A program made the translations under genes and the position numbers. 64,000 bases of DNA, taken from assembly GCA_964598535.1 (NCBI GenBank), contig CAZRCI010000028.1, positions 1,489 to 65,488 of the forward strand, written 5' to 3'. Origin of the DNA: an uncultured Planctomycetaceae bacterium (GTDB lineage Bacteria; Planctomycetota; Planctomycetia; Pirellulales; PALSA-1355). How positions within the stretch are numbered: the first letter of the stretch is position 1; each line of letters starts with the position of its first letter. Shown here piece after piece: positions 1-9,352 of this stretch. Under the pieces are notes generated by a model. The model ran no database searches, had not been told where the DNA came from, and saw only the letters and a program-made list of their open reading frames with translations.

Positions 1-560
1 TTATTTGACATCGGTGCCGCGGCGCTGAGCAAGTTGGCCGTGCTTTGAATGATCTCGTCGGTCTGCTGATCGGTCTTCATGCCCACGGTCGTCAAGTTCC
101 AACCGTCTTTGAGCTCAAGTTGCAACTCGCCGATCCCCAGGCCCGGCATCAGGCGAATCGAATATTCCTCGGCGAAGTCCGGCATGTAGACGAGTGAGAT
201 CGAAATCTTCTCGCCCGGTTCGGTCTTCGAGTCGTCGAGCGAGCCGGTTTTGACCTCGGCCCCCGGCGTTGCGATCAATTCCGTGTCCGACACGCTGTAT
301 TGGGCCTGCTGCGCTCGGTCGCGTACCACGCCGTTCGCGGCGGCGGCCTTCAGCGTGGCTTCGACGGCCTTCTTTTGATAGGTCGCAAATGTCGGCCCCG
401 ATTCTTTGCCCCCGACTTCGCCCGGCGTGATGAACAGATACGGCTTGGGGCGGTAGTAACGTATGCCGCGATCTCGTTGGCCGGGATTCTTATTGACGAC
501 GACGCGCGTGCATCCGGCCGCGGTTGCTACACACAGGATCAGAACTGCTAGCACGCGCAT
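1..560 (-). CDS. putative lipoprotein; its C-terminal end lies outside the window
   Basis: ATG (rc) at 558-560. The N-terminus MRVLAVLILCVATAAGC is a signal peptide plus lipobox Cys. I checked the frame by hand and it stays open to the window edge, so it is absent from the ORF track. Confidence 0.55.
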   Translation of the reverse strand, partial: MRVLAVLILCVATAAGCTRVVVNKNPGQRDRGIRYYRPKPYLFITPGEVGGKESGPTFATYQKKAVEATLKAAAANGVVRDRAQQAQYSVSDTELIATPGAEVKTGSLDDSKTEPGEKISISLVYMPDFAEEYSIRLMPGLGIGELQLELKDGWNLTTVGMKTDQQTDEIIQSTANLLSAAAPMSN

Positions 561-784
561 GACTCAGGCTCCAGCCTACATGTGGTTGGCACCCCATTTA
601 AGAACACCGCGGCTCTTCTTCAGAGGGGGGGCACCATAAGTATCGAGCGTCTCCCCCCCTAACTTGAGTACAACCAGCACCAGTTTCGCAGGAGGAAAAT
701 CTTGCGCGGCCCTAAAACCTTGCCGCGACGGCGATAGCACGCGAAGTTCGGCGGCCTGCTGCCGGTGGCTAGCACACGCTCACA

Positions 785-1072
785 TCAGCAGAGCAGCATG
801 GCGACGAAGCGTAACCCAACGACAAGCCGCTCTTCGCTCGCGGCGCGATCGGCCAGCCAACGGTGGAGCAATACGCGGTGCCGCTCGCGCAGCGTGTTCG
901 CATCCTGGGGAGATAGTCCGCGAGTTTGGTCGCGGATCGCGCGTTCGAGAACGCCGAAATCGACCTGGCCGCAGCCCACGATCTGCCGCTCGTTATCGAC
1001 CAGCGCCAGCGCTGGTTCACGCAGATATTCGAGCTCGGGGGGCAATGGGACGCTCGCGGTATTTCGAGTCAT
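785..1072 (-). CDS. hypothetical protein (95 aa), no family recognised
   Basis: ATG start, strongly G/C-ending codons in this frame, balanced composition (MTRNTASVPLPPELEYLREPALALVDNERQIVGCGQ...). Confidence 0.5.
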   Translation of the reverse strand: MTRNTASVPLPPELEYLREPALALVDNERQIVGCGQVDFGVLERAIRDQTRGLSPQDANTLRERHRVLLHRWLADRAASEERLVVGLRFVAMLLC

Positions 1073-1276
1073 ACTTGGCCGTGTCCTCGGCTGAAGCTAA
1101 GCGTTCGTCGACGGCCACACCAGTTCCGTCTCCCAATCGGCCGGGATCGGGGCTCGTTTCCGGCCCCCCCGGGCATAGAACTCCCACGGGTTCTCGGCCG
1201 ATGTCTGGCTGTTGGCTCGCAACACCCGCGCTCGAACTCATCCCAGGCCGCGCTAAGCCCCTCGCCAATCCACAAA

Positions 1277-1312
1277 ATATTGTATCCGTACTTGATATTG
1301 TATCCGTACTTG
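1277..1312. repeat. perfect tandem direct repeat, 2 x 18 bp (ATATTGTATCCGTACTTG)
   Basis: Read directly. AT-rich island between divergent genes 785-1072(-) and 1402-2154(+). Confidence 0.9.
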
Positions 1313-1401
1313 CGAACCTGCGTAACGTGTGCCGTGTCCGCGGTAGGAAGCGGTCCGAAGCCTGGGCCTCGCCGGGTCTCAATCTCTCAGGAAATAAGCG
1401 T

Positions 1402-2154
1402 ATGGAGTCCAGCGACGCGGAATTGGCGGCTCGGATCGAACTACACGCCAGCCTCGAGCGGCAAGGTCCCGGCGACGAGTCCTTTACCAGGCGAATGCTC
1501 CAACGCTTGCCGCCGTTCCCCGTGCAGCCGCGAATGGCCGACTTGGGCTGTGGAACCGGCGCGGCCGCGTTGGTTTTGGCCGAGTGGTTTGGTGCTCCCG
1601 TCACCGCGGTGGATCTGCTATCGCGATTCCTCGACGAGCTCAACCGGCGGGCGCGCGAGATGGGACTTGCCCACCTGATCCACTCGGTCGAGGCCGACAT
1701 GGGAACCCTCGATTGGCCGGCCGAATCGCTCGACTTGCTCTGGTCCGAGGGAGCGGCTTACCACCTCACGCTTCACGGCGCGCTCGCGCGGTGGCGGCCG
1801 CTTCTGGCCACGGGAGGGCTGGCGGTCATCTCTGAATTTACCTGGTTCACCGACAATCGGCCCGAACCTGCCCGTGAATTCTGGCACGCCGCTTATCCCT
1901 CGGCCGGCGACGAAGCCGAAAACGCGGCCCGTGCCGAGGACGCCGGTTTCGAAGTTCTCGCAATCGAGCGGCTACCGCAATCGGCGTGGTGGGATCATTA
2001 CTACGATCCCTTGGAACGCCGCATGCTCGAGTTGCGGTCGAAGGCCAGCGCGGCCATGCGCCATGTCATCGCCGAAACCGAAGCCGAGATCGTGCTGTTC
2101 CGCCGCTATGGTCAGGCGTACGGCTATGCCTTCTACGTGCTTCGGGCGGTATGA
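1402..2154 (+). CDS. class I SAM-dependent methyltransferase
   Basis: Internal ATG of ORF 664-2154. Has the SAM motif DLGCGTGAAAL and the typical ~250 aa size. The 246 codons upstream in the ORF are Arg/Ser/Ala-rich junk. Confidence 0.8.
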   Translation: MESSDAELAARIELHASLERQGPGDESFTRRMLQRLPPFPVQPRMADLGCGTGAAALVLAEWFGAPVTAVDLLSRFLDELNRRAREMGLAHLIHSVEADMGTLDWPAESLDLLWSEGAAYHLTLHGALARWRPLLATGGLAVISEFTWFTDNRPEPAREFWHAAYPSAGDEAENAARAEDAGFEVLAIERLPQSAWWDHYYDPLERRMLELRSKASAAMRHVIAETEAEIVLFRRYGQAYGYAFYVLRAV

Positions 2155-2354
2155 CCGGCAATGAAGTTCGCGCCGCCGAGGCATGTGCCGAGCCAAAGCC
2201 TCCGCAGGGGATACTGGTTGAAAGAGGCCACGACGGTTAATTTCAACAGGTGGTTAGACGAGCAACGGGCTGAAACCGCGTCACGCTTCCCCCCCGTGCC
2301 GCTGGCCGAGCCGCGAGGATCCCTGAACGACCGGCATCATCGAGGAGTACCACC

Positions 2355-3314
2355 GTGATTAGTTTCTTACCTTGGCGGCGTTCTGTCGCCACGCTTTTGA
2401 CGTGCGGAACTTTTGCCACATCATTGCTGATAAACGTCGTCGCGGCTCAGCCGCCCGCGGCGCCGGCCGTCGCGGCTCCAGCGACCGCCGGACGCGTGAT
2501 CGTCGAGGAACGAGTCACCTACGGCAATGGCGACGGCCAGGAGCTCAAACTCGACATTGCGCGTCCCGACGGTACCGGCCCCTTTCCTGCGATCGTCTTC
2601 ATCCACGGCGGTGGATGGTATCTTGGCGACCGCGGCAACTATCGCGGGCTGATCGAAGAGGCCGCCGAGCGCGGCTACGTGGGGGCGACGATCAGCTATC
2701 GCCTCATGAAATTCGATGCCGAACAGAAGGACACGACAACCGCCGCCCCCCGATTCCCGGCGCAAGTCCACGACGTCAAAGCCGCCGTCCGCTGGTTGCG
2801 CGCAAACGCCAAAAAGTACCACCTCGACCCCAATCGCATTGGAGCTACGGGCCGGTCGGCCGGCGGGCACCTCTCCTTGATGCTCGGTCTCACCGACGAT
2901 CGGGCGAAGCTCGAAGGTGAAAGCGGCAATCCCGGCTACTCCAGCCGCGTGCAGGCCGTGGTCAACGTGTTTGGGCCCACGGAGATGATCTCTGCCCAAC
3001 GCGAAAGCACGCTGGCCTGGCTGTTTCGATTGTTCCTCGGTGGCATCCCCGAGGAAGCGGCAGAGACCTACAGCGCCGCGAGTCCCGTGACCTATGCCAC
3101 GAGTGATGACCCGCCGGTTCTAACCTTGCAAGGCGATTTGGATCCGATCGTCCCCGTGGGGCAGGCCCGCATTCTGGACCAGGCGTTGAAAGCCGCCGGC
3201 GCCAGGCACACGCTTACAATTTTCGAAGGCCAGCGGCACGGCTTCGGCGGCCAATATCGTCAGCGAGAGCTGGAGCTCATGTGGGCCTTCTTCGACGAAC
3301 ATCTGAAAGAATAG
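2355..3314 (+). CDS. secreted alpha/beta hydrolase (esterase/lipase-like)
   Basis: GTG start 7 nt after GAGGAG. N-terminal signal peptide, oxyanion motif HGGGW, nucleophile elbow GRSAGG (GxSxG), C-terminal His in GQRHGF. Confidence 0.85.
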   Translation: MISFLPWRRSVATLLTCGTFATSLLINVVAAQPPAAPAVAAPATAGRVIVEERVTYGNGDGQELKLDIARPDGTGPFPAIVFIHGGGWYLGDRGNYRGLIEEAAERGYVGATISYRLMKFDAEQKDTTTAAPRFPAQVHDVKAAVRWLRANAKKYHLDPNRIGATGRSAGGHLSLMLGLTDDRAKLEGESGNPGYSSRVQAVVNVFGPTEMISAQRESTLAWLFRLFLGGIPEEAAETYSAASPVTYATSDDPPVLTLQGDLDPIVPVGQARILDQALKAAGARHTLTIFEGQRHGFGGQYRQRELELMWAFFDEHLKE

Positions 3315-3325
3315 CTGACGCTCGT

Positions 3326-4771
3326 TCATTCGACGCGATGCACGGTCACCTGGTTGTGCGAGCCGGCATCCAGGCCGAGCCCCGCGATCAGCACCACATA
3401 GTCGCCGCTCGTCAGCGTGCCGTTCGCGCATCCCCACGCGGTCACCGCGTCGATCGTGGTGCCAGAATCGTCGACCGTCACGTCGCGGAGCGGAATCACT
3501 CCCCAGTACAGGCACATCTGCCGTAGCGTGCGCGGGCTATCGCTGATGCCCACCGTGTGAACGTAGGTTCGCTGCTTCGAGAGCGCGAGCGCCGTAGCGC
3601 CGGAATGGCTGACGACGGCCACGAGCTTGGCGTCGAGTTCCGCGGCCATGTGCCCTGCCCCGTACACGACCGCCGCCGTGATCGGGTGTAAGCCTTCCGC
3701 GCGAAACTCGCCCGTCGAACGCGGTTCGTTATCGCGAAATAATTCTTCCGTTGCCCGGGCGATGCGGTTCATCATTTCCACGGCTTGCCGCGGATACTTG
3801 CCGATCGCCGTCTCGCCGCTGAGCATGCAGGCGTCGCCGCCGTCGAGAATCGCGTTGGCCACGTCGGTCACTTCCGCCCGGGTTGGCCGCGGAGAGTGCT
3901 GCATGCTGTCCAGCATTTGCGTGGCGATGATCGAAGGCTTCTGATGCACGGTGCAGGCCGAGACGATGCGCTTTTGCACCAGGGGCATTTCCGCCACGTC
4001 GATCTCGACGCCCAGGTCTCCTCGGGCAACCATGATCGCATCCGCCACGGCGACGATGGCGTCGAGTTGCTCGAGCGCCTCGGGCTTTTCGATCTTGGCA
4101 ATCACCCGGGCGGTTGAGCCATGCTGCCGCAGCAATTCCTTCAAACCGAGCACGTCGCTCGGCTGGCGCACGAAGCTCAGGCCGACAAAGTCGATTTGAT
4201 TTTCAGCCGCCCAGATGGCGTTCTGGCGGTCCTCGTCGTTCATCGCCGGAGCGCTCAGCTTGACGCCCGGCAGGTTCAAGCCTTGCCGGCTGCGGATCTC
4301 GCCCGGTTGGGTGACCGTGCAGCGGGCAAAGTCGGGCCCCTTTTCGAGGACCTTCATTCCTACCGTGCCGTCGGCAAGCATCACGGTGTCGCCCACCGCC
4401 AGTTCGTCGATCAGCGGGGCATAGCTCGCCACCAAATCCGTTGCCACGCGCGACTGCTCACCGCGAACGAAGCGAAACTCAGAGCCGCTTTCGCATGCGA
4501 TCAATCCGCCAGGCAGTTCCCCCAGGCGAATCTTCGGACCGGCCAGATCGGCCAGCACCGCCAGCGGCAACTGCAAGTGGTCGCTCACCGCGCGGATCAT
4601 AGCCAGCGTTTCGGCATGTTCCGCGCGGCTGGCGTGCGCCATGTTCAAACGAAACACATCGACGCCGGCGAGCACGAGCTCGGCAAGCTTTTCCGGCGTG
4701 CGACAGGCGGGCCCCACCGTGGCCACGATTTTCGTGCGAGCGTGTTTCTTCAGGCGTGCGGCGTCGACCAT
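3326..4771 (-). CDS. pyk: pyruvate kinase
   Basis: KIVATVGPA, FRLNMAHA, GPKIRLG, MVARGDLGVEI motifs; 481 aa. Confidence 0.95.
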   Translation of the reverse strand: MVDAARLKKHARTKIVATVGPACRTPEKLAELVLAGVDVFRLNMAHASRAEHAETLAMIRAVSDHLQLPLAVLADLAGPKIRLGELPGGLIACESGSEFRFVRGEQSRVATDLVASYAPLIDELAVGDTVMLADGTVGMKVLEKGPDFARCTVTQPGEIRSRQGLNLPGVKLSAPAMNDEDRQNAIWAAENQIDFVGLSFVRQPSDVLGLKELLRQHGSTARVIAKIEKPEALEQLDAIVAVADAIMVARGDLGVEIDVAEMPLVQKRIVSACTVHQKPSIIATQMLDSMQHSPRPTRAEVTDVANAILDGGDACMLSGETAIGKYPRQAVEMMNRIARATEELFRDNEPRSTGEFRAEGLHPITAAVVYGAGHMAAELDAKLVAVVSHSGATALALSKQRTYVHTVGISDSPRTLRQMCLYWGVIPLRDVTVDDSGTTIDAVTAWGCANGTLTSGDYVVLIAGLGLDAGSHNQVTVHRVE

Positions 4772-4945
4772 GCGTGGGAAACCTTCCAGGGGTTAGGGCA
4801 TCTGACAATCAATCGCTCAATCCCGCCTGGAGCCACGCTTGGCCTCAGCCTACCGCGCGCGATAAGATTTGGCCAGCCGCCGTGGGGAATTCGGAGAGCT
4901 GTCCGGCGGTGTCTCTCGCGCCTCATTAGGAAGATACACCACCGC

Positions 4946-5527
4946 ATGGCAACGTCCGACATCAACAGCCAAAGCCAAGTGCCCGACGAGTCTGGCGACG
5001 GTGAGCCGTCGCGCGGCTTTCGTCCGGCGCGGTTACTCTTGGGCATGCTTCTAGGCGCGGCCGCGATTGGCGCCGGCGTGCTGACCTATGCCTTTCTCAA
5101 TCGCAACTCGACGCCGCTCGTCGATCGCGCCGCGTACGAGGCCGCCTCCCAACGCTGGGACGCCCACGGCCCGAAGGACTATAATCTCGACGTGGAACTG
5201 ACCGGCAACCGTCCCGGCCGCATTCACGTCGAGGTTCGCAACGGCGAGGCGACCAAGATGGAACGCGACGGGGTCGTTCCCCGTCAGGAGCGCACTTGGT
5301 ATTACTGGACCGTTCCCGGCATGATGGACACGATTGCCGAGGAACTCGAGATGGCCGAAACCCCCGCCGAGTCGTTCGGCGCGCCGGGTGCTTCGCAGGT
5401 CATCCAACGGGCCGAGTTTGACCCCCAATACGGTTTTCCTCGAAAATATGATCGGGTGGTTTTGGGGGCCGACTTCGAAATCCACTGGCAGGTTACGAAC
5501 TTCGAGCCGGTTTCCATGACAAAGTAG
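4946..5527 (+). CDS. hypothetical membrane-anchored protein
   Basis: Internal ATG of ORF 4121-5527. One TM helix (LLLGMLLGAAAIGAGVLTYAF) followed by a soluble domain. The upstream part of the ORF is antisense to pyk. Confidence 0.6.
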   Translation: MATSDINSQSQVPDESGDGEPSRGFRPARLLLGMLLGAAAIGAGVLTYAFLNRNSTPLVDRAAYEAASQRWDAHGPKDYNLDVELTGNRPGRIHVEVRNGEATKMERDGVVPRQERTWYYWTVPGMMDTIAEELEMAETPAESFGAPGASQVIQRAEFDPQYGFPRKYDRVVLGADFEIHWQVTNFEPVSMTK

Positions 5528-5652
5528 GCCCCGGTCCGCCGCAAGTGGCAGCCTGCTACGCTGGCGGTTAAACTTGCTCGCTAGCTGAAAGCCCGTTGAA
5601 GTATTCAGGCGGGCTGCACGATCTTTGAAAGGCCCCCGAGGGACGAACCGCG

Positions 5653-6966
5653 ATGAGTAAGCAGTGGACCCGGCGTGCATTCGTTCAAACATCCGCGGGC
5701 GCGGTAGCGCTGGCGGCCAACCCCTTCTGGAGCTCGCTTCGCGCTCGCGGGGATGAATCCAAGAACAATCGGCCCCTGGTCGGCGCCATTGGCATGGGCG
5801 GGCAAGGAACCGGGATCGCGCGACGCGCAAGCAACTATGGCGACGTCGTCGCCGTGTGCGACGTGCAACGCCAGCACGCCGAGCGTGCCAAGAACGAACA
5901 CTTCAACAGCGCCGAGATTTACGAAGACTACCGCAAGCTGCTCGATCGTAGCGATATCGAGGCAGTCACCATCGGCACGCCGGATCACTGGCACACCGCG
6001 ATCGCGCTGGCCGCTCTCGACGCTGGAAAACACGTCTATTGCGAGAAGCCGTTGACGCTCACCATCGACGAGGGGAAAAAGCTCGTCGCCGCCGTCAAGC
6101 GGACCGGAAAGGTCATGCAGGTCGGCACCCAGCAGCGCGGCGACCAATTCCAGCTCTTCGGGCGCGCGGTGGCCACGGCCCGCAGCGGCCGCTTGGGCAA
6201 GCTCCAGACGATCACGGTCAATCTGCCGCTCTCGACTGCCGAGGGCGGCCCGTTTATGTCGCAGCCGTTGCCCGACGGATTGAATTGGGATCTCTGGCTG
6301 GGGCAAGCTCCCAAGGTCGACTATAGCCCCGAACGCTGCCACTATACCTTCCGTTGGTGGTACGAATATTCCGGCGGTATCGCCACCGACTGGGGCGCGC
6401 ATCACATGGACATCGCCCACTGGGTCATGGATATCGAAAACTCGGGGCCCATCTCGATCGATGGCACGAAGACCGCGCTCCCCACCATTCCCGGCGGCTT
6501 CAATACCCCCAAGCTCGTCTCGGTCGACTACGAGTACCCGAGCGGTGTGAAGGTGTTGTTGCGGGCGCAACCGCCTGGAGACGAGGGGGTTCTCATCGAA
6601 GGCACGGAGGGCCGCATTTATGTCAATCGGGGGCGACTCACCGGCAAACCGATCGAAGAGCAGGATGCGGACCCCGCCCTCAAGGAAAAGGTCATGGCCC
6701 AGGTCGTCGAGCTGTACAAAGGCAACACGGCCAAGCTCGGCGATCATATGGGCAATTTCTTTGAAGCCTGGATGCACGGCAAGTGGCCGATTTCGGATGT
6801 CGTTAGCCAGCATCGCTCGGTCAGCGCTTGCCACCTCGGCAATATCTCGATTCGCCTCGGCCGTAAGCTCGCGTGGGATCCGGAAAAAGAAGATTTCGTC
6901 GGCGACAGCGAGGCCACCGGCATGCTCACCCGAGCCCAACGCGCGCCCTATACCGTCGGTTCGTGA
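5653..6966 (+). CDS. Gfo/Idh/MocA family oxidoreductase with Tat signal
   Basis: Twin-arginine leader MSKQWTRRAFVQTSAGAVALAA, Rossmann motif VGAIGMGGQG, EKPLTLT motif. Confidence 0.9.
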   Translation: MSKQWTRRAFVQTSAGAVALAANPFWSSLRARGDESKNNRPLVGAIGMGGQGTGIARRASNYGDVVAVCDVQRQHAERAKNEHFNSAEIYEDYRKLLDRSDIEAVTIGTPDHWHTAIALAALDAGKHVYCEKPLTLTIDEGKKLVAAVKRTGKVMQVGTQQRGDQFQLFGRAVATARSGRLGKLQTITVNLPLSTAEGGPFMSQPLPDGLNWDLWLGQAPKVDYSPERCHYTFRWWYEYSGGIATDWGAHHMDIAHWVMDIENSGPISIDGTKTALPTIPGGFNTPKLVSVDYEYPSGVKVLLRAQPPGDEGVLIEGTEGRIYVNRGRLTGKPIEEQDADPALKEKVMAQVVELYKGNTAKLGDHMGNFFEAWMHGKWPISDVVSQHRSVSACHLGNISIRLGRKLAWDPEKEDFVGDSEATGMLTRAQRAPYTVGS

Positions 6967-7008
6967 GCCCAGGGGAAATGAAATAGGGAAAAGCATTCCG
7001 GGCGCCGC

Positions 7009-7812
7009 ATGACTTCGTGGAAAAATAAATCCGTCCTCGTCACCGGCGGCTCGAGCGGACTCGGCCTCGCCATCGCGCGCGCGTTTTGCCGTGCAGGCGC
7101 TCGCGTGGCCATTGCTGCCCGTTCGCCCGACAAGCTCGATGCCGCGACCCGCGAACTTGCCGCGTTCGGGAGCGAGGTGCTCGCCGTTCCGACGGATATC
7201 CGTAAGCAAGCCGACGTCGACGCGATGATTCGCCGTGTTATCGAGGTGTTCGGCGGGCTCGACGTACTGGTCAATAACGCCGGCAGTTCGGCTCGCGGCG
7301 CGGCGATCGACACCACGCCCGAGGAGTTCGCCGAGCTCATGGATCTGAACCTGACGGCGCTCGTCCGTTGCACGCGCGCGGCGATGCCGCATCTGCTCCG
7401 GTCGCGCGGCTCGCTCATCAACATCGGTTCGCTCGCCGGCAAGACGGCCGCCCGCTATATGGGCGCGTACTCCGCCACGAAGTTCGCCGTCAGCGCGTAT
7501 TCGGCTCAACTGCGGTTGGAGCTCGGTTCCGAAGGACTGCACGTACTTTTAGTGTCGCCGGGTCCAATAAAGCGGCAGGAGACGCGAACGTATTCCGAAG
7601 AGAAGATCTCGGGCTTACCGGCCAGTGCTCGCAACCCCGGCGGCGGAGTCAAAGTCAAGCTGATCGACCCCGATTGGCTCGCCGAACGGATCCTGCGGGC
7701 GTGCGCGCGACGCGACGCGGAGCTGATCGTGCCGGGCAAGGCGCGGCTGATCTTCGCCATCTCGCAGCTTTCGGCCAGCCTGGGCGATTGGATCGTGCGA
7801 AAAATGAGTTGA
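7009..7812 (+). CDS. SDR family oxidoreductase
   Basis: VLVTGGSSGLGLAIA (TGxxxGxG), NNAG, YSATKFAV (YxxxK). Confidence 0.9.
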   Translation: MTSWKNKSVLVTGGSSGLGLAIARAFCRAGARVAIAARSPDKLDAATRELAAFGSEVLAVPTDIRKQADVDAMIRRVIEVFGGLDVLVNNAGSSARGAAIDTTPEEFAELMDLNLTALVRCTRAAMPHLLRSRGSLINIGSLAGKTAARYMGAYSATKFAVSAYSAQLRLELGSEGLHVLLVSPGPIKRQETRTYSEEKISGLPASARNPGGGVKVKLIDPDWLAERILRACARRDAELIVPGKARLIFAISQLSASLGDWIVRKMS

Positions 7813-7855
7813 CGCGATGTCCTAAGAGCAAACTTCCATGTGCGGAGATCCGGCG

Positions 7856-9301
7856 ATGAACACCTTGCGGAGAGTACGAGCTTGGTTGCCGCTGGCGCTC
7901 TTGCTGACGCTTGCGATTTCGGCCACCCGCGCCGAGGAGTTGATTGATCCGGCCAAGGTCGACCCGCTCGTCAAACCTCTGATCGAGGGCGGTTGGGTGA
8001 AAGGGTTGGCCCTCGGCTTCATCAACGAACGGGGAACCCAAACGCTCGAGTACGGCGTGGTTTCAGACGCGACCCCAGCGCCGCCTTCGCCCGAAACGTT
8101 GTTCGAGATCGGTTCGATCACCAAGACGTTCACCGGGATCATCCTGGCCCGTTTGGTCGAAGACGGCGACGTTCGGCTCGACGACCCGGCGCAAAAGCAC
8201 CTCGGCGAGACGATGTCCGTGCCCGGCCTTGGCGAACGCCCGATCACGCTTGTCGATCTGGCGACGCACAGCTCCGGCTTGCCGCGGCTCCCCTCGAATC
8301 TCGCGCCCGAGGATCCGGGAGATCCTTACGCGGACTACACGGTCGAGCAACTGAAGCAGTTTTTGGCGAAGCATGAGCTTCGCACCAAGCCCGGCGAGAA
8401 GTCGCAATACAGCAACCTGGGCATGGGGCTTCTAGGCCACGTCCTGCAACACAAACGCGGTGTGGACTACGAAACGCTGGTGAGGCAGGCGATCACCGGA
8501 CCGCTGGAAATGACGCACACGCGCATCACGCTCGACGATCAAGATCGCAAGCGGCTCGCTCAGGGACATGACGCCGATGGCCAGCCGGTCAAAAATTGGG
8601 ATATTCCCACGCTGGCTGGCGCCGGCGCATTGCGTTCCACCAGCGCCGATCTGCTCAAGTACCTGGCCGCCAATTTGGGGTTCACGCCGTCGAAGCTCGA
8701 TCGGGCAATCGCCCTTTCGCACCAAATGCACTTCCAGAACCCCGAGAACGCGGTTGGCGATGTGGGGCTGGGCTGGCAGTTGCAGCGTGCCGATAAGCTC
8801 GTCTGGCACAACGGCGGAACCGGCGGCTACAGCTCGTTCCTTGGCATGCAGCCCGAGAAGAAAATCGGCGTGGTCGTGCTGGGCAACACCTCGACCGATT
8901 ACGTCACACGGCTCGGTTTTCGCCTCCTCAAGCTCTTCGGCGGAGACGACGTAAAGCCGTTCACGTTTCCCGAAACGATCCAGCTCTCGGCCGAGAAGCT
9001 CGAACCACTGGTCGGAACCTACCGCATCACTCCGCTTGCCGTGGTCGAGATCACGCGTAGCGAGGACCGGCTCTACTTGCAGCTCACCGGCCAACCGCGG
9101 ATTGGCCTGTACCCTACGAGCGAGACGCACTTTTACTGCCGGCCGGTGGACGCCAAGCTCGACTTTGAAGCGGATGACGGCGGACGCTTCGTCAAGCTGA
9201 CCATTCATCAGAATGGGCTCGATGTTCCGGCCACGCGTATCGAGGAAGACGCCAAGCCCGTTGGCGAAAAGGCGGCCCCAGAAAAAACCCCGGCGGGTTG
9301 A
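7856..9301 (+). CDS. serine hydrolase, beta-lactamase/peptidase S12 family, secreted
   Basis: Signal peptide MNTLRRVRAWLPLALLLTLAISATRA, SxxK motif SITK, C-terminal extra beta-domain. Alternative start at 7838. Confidence 0.85.
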   Translation: MNTLRRVRAWLPLALLLTLAISATRAEELIDPAKVDPLVKPLIEGGWVKGLALGFINERGTQTLEYGVVSDATPAPPSPETLFEIGSITKTFTGIILARLVEDGDVRLDDPAQKHLGETMSVPGLGERPITLVDLATHSSGLPRLPSNLAPEDPGDPYADYTVEQLKQFLAKHELRTKPGEKSQYSNLGMGLLGHVLQHKRGVDYETLVRQAITGPLEMTHTRITLDDQDRKRLAQGHDADGQPVKNWDIPTLAGAGALRSTSADLLKYLAANLGFTPSKLDRAIALSHQMHFQNPENAVGDVGLGWQLQRADKLVWHNGGTGGYSSFLGMQPEKKIGVVVLGNTSTDYVTRLGFRLLKLFGGDDVKPFTFPETIQLSAEKLEPLVGTYRITPLAVVEITRSEDRLYLQLTGQPRIGLYPTSETHFYCRPVDAKLDFEADDGGRFVKLTIHQNGLDVPATRIEEDAKPVGEKAAPEKTPAG

Positions 9302-9315
9302 AGCACCCGCCGGGG
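9282..9315 (-). terminator. rho-independent terminator for the Cys-rich gene
   Basis: 11-bp GC stem CCCCGGCGGGT (9288-9298) / ACCCGCCGGGG (9305-9315). On the minus strand it is followed by TTTTTT (9282-9287). It overlaps the stop codon of the convergent + strand gene. Confidence 0.6.
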
Positions 9316-9352
9316 CTGATTCCTCGTCCGTCCATGCAGTTGCCGGGCTCGC

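Noticed and set aside
664-1401. N-terminal 246 codons of ORF 664-2154
   Set aside because: The stretch is a Ser/Arg/Ala-rich low-information sequence. The opposite strand carries better coding signal (785-1072), and the methyltransferase domain begins at ATG 1402.
5605-7542. 645-aa ORF on the minus strand
   Set aside because: It is antisense to two genes with clear family motifs (Gfo/Idh/MocA 5653-6966 and SDR 7009-7812). Its product is Arg/Gly/Ala/His-rich with no recognisable motif, a typical high-GC antisense artefact.
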